The position numbers were made by a program, and so were the translations under genes. A DNA stretch of 64,000 bases, taken from the NCBI RefSeq assembly GCF_009914755.1, contig NC_060934.1, one strand, 5' to 3'. The notes below the pieces were generated by a model. It ran no database searches. It was not told the DNA's origin and saw nothing but the letters and a program-made list of their open reading frames with translations. Below are positions 1 through 10,986 of this stretch, in pieces (position 1 is the first letter of the stretch; every line of letters starts with the position of its first letter). The DNA is from the human T2T-CHM13v2.0 reference genome, Homo sapiens.

Positions 1-223
1 AAAGAAAAGTTTTGTACTGTGGGAAGGCTTAAAGCTGGAGCTTGTACTAGGGCCTGCTTTAAGGTTTTGAAGGCTGTTTTTGCATCTTATTCCCATTCTA
101 TTAGATGAGTATTTGCTCTCTGGGTCTCCTTGATTAGAGTATAGAGGGGCCTGGCTATCTCGCTGTATCTGGGGATCCATAGTTGGCAAAAGCCTGTGAT
201 TCCAAGGAACCTCCACAACTGTT

Positions 224-1330
224 TTAATGTCTTAGGGTGAGGATAAGCCAGTATAGGTTGTATTCATTCTTGCTAAGAGCCCTGGTCCCTCTGGCTAAGA
301 TTAGGCCTAGATATTTGACCTGCTGTTGGCAAAGCTGGGCCTTCGACCTAGACACCTTGTACCCTTGATTAGCTAGAAAGTTCAAGAGATCTAGAGTAGC
401 CTGCTGGCATGATGCTTCCGAACTGGTAGCCAAAAGTAAATCATCCACATACTGAAGCACCAGAGTGCCTGGACTTGAGAAGTGGCCGAGATCTTGTGCC
501 AGTGCCTCACAAAACAGGTGAGGGCTATCCCTAAACCCTTGGGGCAAGACCATCCATGTAAGTTGGGACATGTGATCTGTGGGATCCTCAAAGGCAAAGA
601 GAAACTGGGAGTCAGAATGCAGGGGAATACAGAAGAAGGCATCCTTGAGGTCCAAAACCATGAACCATTCTGCTTCCTTTGGTATTTGAGAGAGCAGGGT
701 ATAGGGGTTGGGTACAACTGGATATAGAGGAATTACTGCCTTATTGATGAGTCTAAGATCTTACACTAGTCTCCACTGATGGTTTGGTTTTTGTACTCCT
801 AGAATTGGGGTGTTGCAGGGACTGCTGCATTTCCTTACTAAGCCTTGAGCTTTTAAATGTTTAACAATATCCTGTAATCCTTTATGAGCTTCAAGCCTTA
901 AGAGATATTGACTTTGATAAGGAAAAGTGGTGGGATCTTTTAACCTGATTTGGACTGGGCGGGCATTTTTTGCCCTTCCAAATTGTCCTTCCAATGCCCA
1001 GACTTCAGGGTTGATTCCCTCCTCAAGTAGGGGACAACAAATGGGTAACTTGTTCCCCACATTCCTGTAGATAATAGCTCCAGCCTTGGCTAATATATCC
1101 CCCCCTAATAAAGGTGTGGGACTTTCAGGCATAACAAGAAAAGCATGTGAAAAGAGCAAAGTCTCCCAATTACAACTAGGAGGTGGGAGAAATACCTGGT
1201 TACAGGCTGTCCCAGGATTCCTTAGATAGTAATGGGCCTTGAGGACAGTCATCCAGGACAGGAGATTAACACTGAGAAGGCCACGCCAGTGTCCAGGAGG
1301 AAGTCAATTTTCTGGCCCTCAATGGTTAAA
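224..1330 (-). pseudogene. Disrupted ERV9 pro-pol (protease and RT) fragments
   Basis: ORF 761-1252 (PTPLLGGDIL, CSSPCNTPILGV) and ORF 224-661 (LDLKDAFF, LPQG, YVDD), broken by stops and frameshifts. Confidence 0.9.
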
Positions 1331-1386
1331 CGTACTTTGAGCTCAGTGAGGGTGTTGACATGAGCTCACGCTTGTCCCAGGCACCC

Positions 1387-2830
1387 TCAATCCTGTTGTT
1401 GGATCATCTGGTTGGGGGCTTCTGACCCAGAGGACCTTTTTCCTCTGGGGCAGTGCACCTTCCAGTGATTGCCTCGGCATACTGGACATGGATGAGGGGG
1501 CAGCTTGTTTCTCGTTGGACAATCTTTTTTAAAGTGTCCTAGTAAACCACACTGATAACAAGCCCTACCGGGTAATTGGCCTGCTCCATTTTCTGTTCTC
1601 TCTGAACCACCAAGGTTTGCTTGTCTGAGGGCCATGACTAAGTCTGTGGCCTTTCTCTGATCCCGCTTTTCCTTTTGGGCCTGTTCCTCTTGATCCCTGT
1701 TACAGAACACTGAGGTTGCCAGGTTTAATAATGCCTCCAAATTTTGTTAAGGGCCCAGGGCTTGCTTTTAGAGCTTTCTCCTGATATCTGTGGCTGATTG
1801 GGTAATAAACTTATCTTTTAGAATCAATTGACTGGGAAGTATATTTTCTTAAGGCCTCCTGTAGCCACTCAAGGAAGGCCAAAGGATTTTCTTCCTTTCC
1901 CTGAGTTATGGTGGACATCATTGAATAATTCATGGGCTTTTTTCTAATTCTCCTTACTCCGTCTAGAACACAGATCAACAGATGTTTACAACTCCAGTCC
2001 CCATGATCTGAGTCAAGGTCCCAGTGGGGATCCATACTGGGGATGGCTTGCTGACCGGTAGAGAATTTGTCCCTTTCTTCAGCTGTCATTCTATCATTTA
2101 CTTGACTAAGATACCAGGTATCTCCAAACTCTCGGACTGCAGCTAAAGGCACATTCTTTTCATTAAAGGCCAGAGTTTGATCTAACAATAGCATGACATC
2201 TCTCCAAGCAAGGTCGAAGATTTCCCCTAGACCCTTTAGGACATCTGTGTGCCTATCAGGATCGTTTGAAAACTTCCCCAGGTCTGCCTTGATCTGCTTT
2301 AAATCAGAGAGGGAGAAGGGGACACGTACCCGAGTTGGGCCAAATTCCCCTCCCCCTACAGCTTGAAGGGGACATAACCAATAGCCTGGGGTTTTTTTGT
2401 GGTCCTTTGGAGATTTCTTTGCTTATTTTCTTCTGGGTGGGGGTGATTAGAGGAGGCTTATCACTAATAGGAAGGGGAGCTATAGGGAGGCTAGGATATG
2501 GGGGTAAGCTGAGAGGTCCTCCTGTGGGATGTAAATTTCAAGCTTTGCATAGTGTATTCTCCTTCAATGAAAAGAAAGCTTGGACATAAGGTATTTCACT
2601 CCATTTGCCTTCCCTCTTACAGAAAAGGTCAAGCTGCAGGATAGTATTGTAATCTGTACTTCCCTCAGGTGGCCATTTTTCCCCATCAGAGAGAGAATGT
2701 TGGGGCCAAGCCATAGTGCAGAAAAAAAATGAGCCACCTCTTTTTCCAGGGTTTGTGGGTCAAATTTGTCCCATTGGCTTAGGATGCATTTCAAAGGTGA
2801 GCCTGTTGATGCCTGAGTGTTTCCCATCTG
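1387..2830 (-). pseudogene. Disrupted ERV9 gag
   Basis: ORF pieces 2564-2848, 1811-2194 (TQGKEENP major homology region) and 1387-1740 (CCHC knuckles). Confidence 0.9.
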
Positions 2831-4049
2831 AAAGACAAAACTGCCCATGGTTTTGGTTTGTTTTGTTTCTCCCCCTGCCCAAGAACCTGCAGTGGTCCCT
2901 GGACCCTGCTGATCGGAATAGTTGTGCTCACTGACACAGCAACAGAAACACTAGTTTTCCTCCCAGACCACAAGGAGGAACGAGGAAGGTCGGATTTAGT
3001 GGCCCTTACTGATGCATTCTTGAAAATCTGCACCCTTGCCTGTCCTCCTAGACCACAAGGAGGACCAAGAAAAATTGGATTGAGTGGCCCTTACCAACAC
3101 ATTCTCAAAAACCTGTTAGAGTCCTAAGCATTCTCCTGTTAGTATTGGGATTTTACCCCTGTCCTATAAAGATGTTATGTACCAAAAATGAAGTGGAGGG
3201 CCATACCCTGAGGGAGGGGAGGGATCTCTAGTGTTGGAAGAGCGATACCTTTTGTCCTCACTTGAATAGGAAGGATACCATTTCTGAGGTTCCACATATC
3301 CTAGCTTCAGGAATAGCTTTTATTAGGCCTGTTAGTCTGAGGAGGGATCCTAAAATTACAGATATTCCCCCCTACAATGGGGCTTTGGGCAAAAAATATG
3401 TCATTCTGCTTGGTGAGCCAGGTTGCCTAAAAAAGGTAACAGAGTCCTGGAGTTTATACTAGAAATCATTCTTACAGGAAAAACTAGAAAACCACTAGAG
3501 ACAGGGAGTGATTTTTAGAAGCGGGGCTAGCCTTGGAGAAGAGAGGCAAGAGGAAGTTTGTCTGGCAGGCATTAGGACCCAGGGGGCAAGGGTCGAGATA
3601 GATAGGATAGATGGGTGAGTCTCACTTGGGTGACATGCCTTTGAGAGTTCCACTCTTGGCTGCAGGGTCAACCAACTTGCTGTTGGGACCCCAGAGCTAA
3701 ATGGCTTTCCTCTCTGTCGACCCTCGGCTCAGCCCAGAAGTAAAGGAAAAGTGAAAGCTGGTTCCAGGCAAACCAATGCTCCCAACTCTGAAGAGTCAGA
3801 GGTTGTTAGAGAGCCCTTTCCCAGAAAGCCTGACACCTGTGTCTTTACTCTGGCAGCTGTGCTAGTCGCTTTTAACTGGCTGACAGGTGCATGGTATTTA
3901 GCCCCCAAATTCTAAGGAAAAATAGGACAGAATAGCAAGAGAAAGGGGTCCAATGGTACCGCTCGGTGATAGGCAATGGCCTCACCACTTGGCGATAGGC
4001 GATGGTCTCACCATTTGGTGATAGTCTCACCTCTTGGCGACAGGTGACA

Positions 4050-4067
4050 GTCCCATCTGGCTTGCCA
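4050..4067 (-). promoter_or_regulatory. ERV9 primer binding site, tRNA-Arg type
   Basis: Plus-strand GTCCCATCTGGCTTGCCA resembles the tRNA-Arg(CCG) 3' end GTCCCATCTGGGTCG+CCA and lies just inside the LTR boundary. Confidence 0.75.
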
Positions 4068-4070
4068 AAA

Positions 4071-5636
4071 TATGCCCAAAATTGTGAGTTCTTGGGTCTG
4101 ACTTCAAGAATGAAGCCGCAGACCCTTGTGGTGAGTGTTACAGTTCTTAAAGATGGTGTGTCTGGAGCTTGTTCCTTCTGATGTTCGGACGTGTTTGGAG
4201 TTTCTTCCTTCTGGTGGATTCATGGTCTCACTGGCTTCAGGATTGAAGCCGCAGACCTTCACAGTGAGTGTTACACTCTTAAGGCAGCATGTCTGGACTT
4301 GTTCATTCCTCCTGTCTGGAGTTGTTCATTCCTCCCAGTGGGTTTGTGGTCTCACTGGCCTCAGGAGTGAAGCTGCAGACCTTCGTGGTGAGTGTTACAG
4401 TGCATAAAGGCAGTGTGGACCCAAAGAGTGAGCAGCAGCAAGATTTATTGCAAAGACCGAAAGAACAAAGCTTCCACAGTGTGGAAGGGGACCCGAGCGG
4501 GTTGCTGCTGTTGGCTCTGGTAGCATGCTTTTATTCCCTTATCTGGCCCCACCCACATCCTGCTGATTGGTCCTTTTACAGAGAGCCGATTGGTCCATTT
4601 TACGGAGAGCTGATTGGGCCATTTTGCAGAGAGCTGATTCTTCTGTTTTGACAGGGTGCTGATTGGTGCATTTACAATCCCTGAACTAGACACAGAGTGC
4701 TGATTGGTGTATTTATAATCCTCTAGCTAGACATAAAAGTTCTCCAAGTCCCCACTAGATTAGCTAGACACAGAGCACTGATTGATGCATTTACAAACCT
4801 GGAGCTAGACACAGAGTGCTGATTGGTGCATTTACAATCCTTTAGCTAGACGTAAAAGTTCTCCAAGTCCCCACCAGATTAGCTAGATACAGAGTGCTGA
4901 TTGGTGCATCCATGAACCCTGAGCTAGACCCAGAGTGCTGATTGGTGCATATACAATCCTCTGGCTAGACATAAAAGTTCTCCAAGTCCCCACCCAACTC
5001 AGGAGCCCAGCTGGCTTTGCCTAGTGGATCCCACACCAGGGCTGCGGGCGGAGCTGCCTGCCAGTCCCGTGCTGTGTGCCCGCACTCTTTAGCCCTTGGA
5101 CGGTCGATGGGACTGGCCGCCGTGGAGCAGGGTGCGGTGCCCATCGGGGAGGCTTGGGCTGTGCAGGAGCCCACAGCCAGGGAGTGGCTCAGGCATGGCG
5201 GGCTGCAAGTCCCAAGCCCTGCCCCACAGGGAGGCAGCTGAGGCCTGGCCAGAATTCGAGCGCGGCACCAGTGGTTCGGCACTGCTAGGGGACACTGCAC
5301 ACCCTCCACAGCTGCTGGCCTGGGTGCTAAGCCCCTCACTGCCTGGGGCCGGTGGCACCGGCCGGCCATTCTGTGTGTGGGGCCAGCCCAGCCCATGCCC
5401 ACCTGGAACTCGCCCTGGCCCGTGAGCGCCACATGCAGCCCTGGTTCCCGCCTGTGCCTCTCCCTCCACACCTCCCCACAAGCAGAGGGAGCCAGCTCCA
5501 GCCTTGGCTAACCCAGAGAGGGGCTCCCACAGTGCAGCAGCAGGCTGAAGGGCTCCTCAAGTGTGGCCAGAGTGGACACTGAGGCCGAGGAGGTGCTGAG
5601 AGCGAGTGAGAGCTGCTAGCACATTGTCACTTCTCA
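4071..5636 (-). mobile_element. LTR12 (ERV9 5' LTR), about 1.57 kb
   Basis: Minus strand begins TGAGAAGTGACAATGTGCTAGCAG; GC-rich U3, tandem enhancer array, AATAAA TATA-like box near 4530, U5 repeats. Confidence 0.95.
4560..4990 (-). promoter_or_regulatory. LTR12 U3 tandem enhancer array with about 8 CCAAT (NF-Y) boxes
   Basis: Repeated GCTGATTGG(TGCATTTACAATCC)/CTAGCTAGAC units; NF-Y binding to LTR12 arrays is established. Confidence 0.85.
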
Positions 5637-6165
5637 ATATCCTTTGCCCACTTTTTGATGGGGTTGTTGTTTTTTTCTTGTAAATTTGTTTGAGTTCTTT
5701 GTAGATTCTGGATATTAGCCCTTTGTCAGATGAGTAGATTGCAAAAATTTTCTCCCGTTCTATAGGTTGCCTATTCACTCTGATGATAGTTTCTTTTGCT
5801 GTGCAGAGGCTCTTTAGTTTAATTAGATCCCATTTGTCAATTTTGGCTTTTGTTGTCATTGCTTTTGGTGTTTTAGACATGAAGTCCTTGCCCATGCCTG
5901 TGTCCTGAATGGTATTGCCTAGGTTTTCTTCTAGGGTTTTTATGGTTTTAGGTCTAACATTTAAGTATTTGATCCATCTTGAATTAATTTTTGTATAAGG
6001 TGTAAGGAAGGGATCCAGTTTCAGCTTTCTACATATGGCTAGCCAGTTTTCCAAGCACCATTTATTAAATAGGGAATCCTTTCCCCATTTCTTGTTTTTG
6101 TCAGATTTGTCAAAGATCAGATAGTTGTAGATGTGTGGTGTTATTTCTGAGGGCTCTGTTCTGTT
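5637..6165 (-). mobile_element. L1PA (younger, about L1PA3-5) ORF2 3' segment interrupted by ERV9
   Basis: ORF 5557-6054 matches L1 ORF2p ([28 protein letters not shown]). Confidence 0.85.
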
Positions 6166-9125
6166 TTTCTGTGTCTGTATCTCTTTCAGTTCTGCTCTGA
6201 TCTTAGTTATTTCTTGTCTTCTGCTAGCTTTTGAATTTGCTTGCTCTTGCTTGTCTAGTTCTTTTAATTGTGATGTTAGGGTATCGAATTTAGATCTTTC
6301 TCACTTTCTGACGTGGGCATTTAGTGCTATAAATTTCCCTCTAAACACTTCTTTAGCTGTGTCCCAGAGGTTCAGATACATTGTGTCTTTATTCTCATTG
6401 ATTTCAATAACTTACTTATTTCTGCCTTAATTTTGTTTTTTACCCAGTAGTCATTCAAGAGCAGGTTGTTCAGTTTCCATGTAGTTGTGTAGTTTTGAGT
6501 GAGTTTCTTAATCTTGAGTTCTAATTTGATTGCACTGTGGTCTTAGAGACTGTTATAATTTTTGTTCTTTTGCATTTGCCAAGGAGTGTTTTACTTCCAA
6601 TTGTGTGGTTGATTTTAGAATACATGCTATGTGTTGCTGAGAAAAATGTATATTTTGTTGATTTGGGGTGGAGAGTTCTGTAGATGTCTATTAGGTCCAC
6701 TTGGTGCAGAGCTGAGTTAAAGTCCTGAATATCCTTGTTAATTTTCTGTCTTGTTGATCTGTCTAATATTGACAGTGGGGTATTAAAGTCTCCCACTATT
6801 ATTTTGTGGGAGTCTAAGTGTCTTTGTAGGTCTCTTAGAACTTGCTTTATGAATCTGGGTGCCCCTGTGTTGGGTGCATATATATTTAGGATAGTTAGCT
6901 CTTGTTGTTGCATTGATCCCTTTACCATTATGTAATGCCCTACTCTGTCTCTTTTGATCTTTGTTTGTTTGAAGTCTGTTTTATAAGAGACTAGGATTCC
7001 AACCCCTGCTTTTTTTTTGCTTTCCATTTGCTTGGTATATGTTCCTCCATCCCTTTCTTATGAGCCTATGTGTGTCTTTGCACATGAGATGGGTCTCCTG
7101 AATACAGCACACTGATGGATCTTGACTCTTTATCCAATTTGCCAGTCTGTGTCTTTTAATTGGGGCATTTAGCACATTTACATTTAAGGTTAAAATTGTT
7201 ATGTATGAATTTGATCCTGTCATCATGATGCTAGCTGGTTATTTTGTACATTTGTTGATGCAGTTTCTTCATGGTGCCATTGGTCTTTATATTTTGGTGT
7301 ATTTTTACAGCGGCTGGAACCAGTTTTTCCTTTCCATATTTAGTGCATCCTTCAGGAGCTCTTGTAAGGCAGGCCTGGTGGCAACAAAATCCCTCAGCAT
7401 TTGCTTGTCTGGAAAGGATTTTGTTTCTCCTTCACTTATGAAACTTAGTTTGGCGGGATATGAAATTCTGGGTTGAAAATTCTTTAAGAATTTTGAATAT
7501 TGGCCCCCACTGTCTTCTGGCTTTTAGGGTTTCTGCAGAGTATCTGTTGGTAGTCTGATGGTCTTCCCTTTGTAGGTAATCCAACCTTTCTCTCTGGTTG
7601 CCCTTAACATTTTTTCCATCATTTCAACCTTGGAGAATCTGAAGATTATGTGTCTTGGGGTTGTTCTTCTCAAGGAGTATCTTAGTGGTGTTCTATGTAT
7701 TTCTAGAATTTGAATGTTGGCCTGTCTTCCTAGGTTGGGGAAGTTTTCCTAGATAATATTCTGATGTGCATTTTCCAACTCTCTCCTCATCACTGTCAGG
7801 GACCCCAATCAGTTGTAAGTTTGGTCCAGTCCCATATTTCTTGGAGGCTTTTTTTGTTCCTTTTCAATCTTGTTTCTCTAATCTTGTCTCCACATCTTAT
7901 TTCAGTAAGTTGATCTTCAATCTCTGATATCCTTTCTTCTGCTTGATAGATTCAGCTATTGATACTTATGTATGCTTCACGACATTCTCATGCTGTGTTT
8001 TTCAACTCCGTCAGGTCATTTATGTTCTTCTTTAAACTGGTTATTCTACTTAGCCATTCCTATACCTTTTGTCAAGGTTTTTGGCTTCCTTGCATTGGGT
8101 TAGAAGGTGCTCCTTTAGCTCAGAGGAGTTTGTTATCACCTACCTTCTGAAGCCTCCTTCTGTCAATTTCTCAAACTCATTCTCTGTCCAGTTTTGTGTC
8201 CTTGCTGGAGAGGAGTTGTAATCATTTGGAGGAGAATTGGCACTCTGGTTTTTGGAATTTTCAGGATTTGGGTGCTGGTTTTCCCTTCATGGGTTTATCT
8301 ACCTTTGATCTTTGAGGCTGATTACCTTTGAATGGGGTTTCTATGTGGCAGTTCTTTTTGTTGATGTTGATATTATTGCTTTCTGTTTGTTAGTTTTTCT
8401 TCTCACTGTCAGGGCCCTCTTCTGCAGATCTCCTGCAGTCTCCTGGATATCCACTCCAGATGCTATTTGCTTGGGTATCACCAGCAGAGGCTGCAGAACA
8501 GCAAAGATTGCTGCCTACTCCTTCCTCTGAAAGCTTCATCCCAGAGGGGCACCAGCCTGATGCCAGCCAGAGCTCTCCTGTATGAGGTGTCTGTCAACCC
8601 CTGTAGGGGAGGTCTCTCCCAGTCAGGGGGCATGGGGGTCAGTGATCAACTTGAGGAGGCAGTCTGTCCCTTAGCAGAGTTCTAGTGCTGTGCTGGTAGA
8701 GCCTTCCTTGTCAGGATCTGCTGCTCTCTTCAGAGCTGGCAAGCAGGAATGTTTAAGAGTGCTGAAGGTGTGCCCACAGCTGCCCCCTTCCCCCAGGTGC
8801 TCTGTCCCAGTAAGATCGGAGTTTTATTTATAAGCTCCTGACTAGGGCTGCTGCCTTTCTTTCAGAGATGCCCTACCAGGTGAAGAGGAATCTAGAGAGG
8901 CAGTCTGGCCACAGCCACTTGGCCCCCCACTTCTTGCACTTCCTGGGTGAGGTGACACTCCATCCTGCTTCTGCTCACCCTGCATGGGCTGCACCCACTG
9001 CCTAACTAGTCCCAATGAGATGAACAGGGTACCTCAATTGTAAATGCAGAAATCACCCACCTTCTGCATTGGTCTCACTGGGAGCTGCAGACTGGAGCTG
9101 TTCCTATTCAGCCATCTTGCCAGCC
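6166..9125 (-). mobile_element. Older L1PA (about L1PA6-8): 5'UTR, ORF1 and ORF2 endonuclease region, degenerate
   Basis: ORF2 start MMTGSNS at 7226, EN motifs (NIYAPNTGA, GDFNTPLS), ORF1 start near 8290, 5' end GGCAAGATGGCTGAATAGGAACAGCTCC with YY1 site at 9111-9118. Confidence 0.9.
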
Positions 9126-9733
9126 ATTTTATGAACTTTGAGCAACCAGCTATCATAAGTGTTTGGCATTTCTTTGGCTAAAGAGAAATCTAGGTTGCTT
9201 TTGTCTGTGCTCCTATGCGAACTTTGAGTCACAATACTTCTGTAATGGTTGCGACCTGATTTCAATGAAAGGTGGAAACTGAAAGAAGGGCATATTTAAA
9301 TGCACAGATACTTTTCAGTGTCCTCAGAAGACAAACCCTACCATTTTGCTCAGCAGTAGCAAAGACATCTCTTGTGCAGGGTGCATTGGCATCTTGTCAT
9401 CTTCTGCTTGCTCTGCATTCATTTCCCTTTCTTCTGATCACAGGCCCTTAATCCCTTGCTCTCTTTTAGAACATACATTCAAATGGTGGTGGTTCTAGCT
9501 CCATGCCACCTCTGGGGTCTGGATCTGTGGCCAAAGACTAGTCAACCAGGTTTTGCATTTGGAAAATAGTGAGAAAAACATGAGGCAGCTTCTAATCCCC
9601 AGCCCCTTAGTATTCCATAGGCTTTACATGGTTTTGCTGGTTGCTAATTGTAGGGTCAAATTTAAAAAGAAAAGGATAATCAGCTCAGGCAAGTTGACAA
9701 CAGCTGACCAGCTAGCTGACCGAGAACACTTTT

Positions 9734-10142
9734 TATGGAGTCCTTTTGGGAAAAAGGAGTCAGGCTGGCAGAACCAGGGGAAAGCAAAAAGAGAAAGCAG
9801 ATAAACTATAAGTCTGCTTTTCTTCATGGTTCAGAACATGTAGCCCTCCTGCACCCAACTTATCACCAGGCACCTGCAGGTTAGCTCACTTGCAACTTTG
9901 GTGTTGTCAGTACTGCACAAAGCTCTCTTCAGCACACAGCATAAACACTAACCTATAAAATATCCAGAAAGACTTGGTTTTATTGCAGTTGGCTTCTCTC
10001 GTGCTGGTGTGCTCATTGCTTTCTTGCAACATATTTTTATATTTTCTCTCATAAGTCTACCTTTCTTTATCTACAACCGTCTTCGTAAATTATTTTGCCC
10101 CTGCACCACCAGCCCAGATGTTTGTTGGGCTTATCTGCAACA
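9734..10142 (+). mobile_element. ERV1 solo LTR (MER84-like)
   Basis: Starts TATGGAGTCC..GGAGTCAGGCTGG, internal TATAAAA, ends CA, flanked by CTTTT on both sides. Confidence 0.7.
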
Positions 10143-10199
10143 CTTTTTATATACCTGGCAAGGATCCATAATATCTAAGTAGGCTCTGTGAACATCTAT

Positions 10200-10460
10200 C
10201 CTGTATGACTCATTTGGATAAAGTTTCAAAGCTTGCGAAACTAGTTTATGATGTTGGAGGTCAGGAGAGTAGTTATGCCTGGGTTGAGGGACAATGAGTG
10301 AGAAGTGGAAAGGGCATGAGGAGGCACCTTCTGACTTTTTAAAAATATAAATGCTGCCCATATGTATTCATATTTTGAAAATGGAACACCATTTGAGATG
10401 CACACATTTGATCTGTGCAGTTTTTATATGTATATTCTACTTCTAAAACGTTTACACTAA
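10200..10460 (+). mobile_element. Old L1M 3' UTR fragment
   Basis: Degenerate resemblance to L1MC/ME 3' ends. Confidence 0.5.
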
Positions 10461-10704
10461 AAATAACCCATAAGATTGTAAAAAAAGGTTTTCTCAGTCC
10501 AACTTTTATTAATACTAAACTCAAACAAGAGGAGGAAAGAAAGACGACAAAGCTAAGTACTACATGTCTTCCATATGCAGGCTCTGAGACAGAAGCTTGC
10601 TTCACATTTGCCCTGTGAGCCCTTTAGGTTATAATTACATCTAAGTTTTGATTTGTTTATTGATAATTCCCAGTTTGTTCTTTTTATTTTGTTTTCTTTA
10701 ACAG

Positions 10705-10986
10705 ACCAATAATAATCATATCAATATGTTTTTGACTCTCAATGGAATACTTTTGAATAAATGTTTCAGTGGTCTGCTTATGTAATAAATAATCTAGAAA
10801 TTTATTTCAACACACTGACTTGGCTATTACTGCCATTTGGGTGATACTTGATGTCGTAGAAGAATGGTACCGGTACTGCCAATGGAGATGGAGGAAGGAG
10901 ACAGAAAGAAACAGAGCCCAGACCCTAGGGACCACCAGCATTTGCAGAATGGATAAACAGCCTTCTTCCTAACAAAGGAAGCACAG
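10705..10986 (+). ncRNA. Candidate lncRNA exon
   Basis: Strong acceptor TTTTGTTTTCTTTAACAG| at 10704; weaker donor CAG|GTCAGC at 10987. Confidence 0.35.

Larger units (their letters stand above)
1..4070 (-). mobile_element. ERV9/HERV9 provirus internal region (leader, gag, pro, 5' pol); continues beyond the window's left edge
   Basis: Minus-strand ORFs give matrix MGNTQASTGSPLKCILSQW, capsid, zinc knuckle CYQCGLLGHFKKDC, protease IDFLLDTG (~1280-1310), and RT LPQG and YVDDLLL; adjoins LTR12. Confidence 0.95.

Noticed and set aside
224-661. Active reverse transcriptase or novel retroelement system
   Set aside because: YVDD is retained, but gag-pro-pol is broken into several frames; an ordinary defective ERV9
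4560-4990. Repeat array superficially like CRISPR
   Set aside because: No unique spacers; it is the LTR12 enhancer array in primate DNA
4965-5582. Cluster of overlapping ORFs (70-168 aa)
   Set aside because: By-product of the GC-rich LTR12 U3; no recognisable protein
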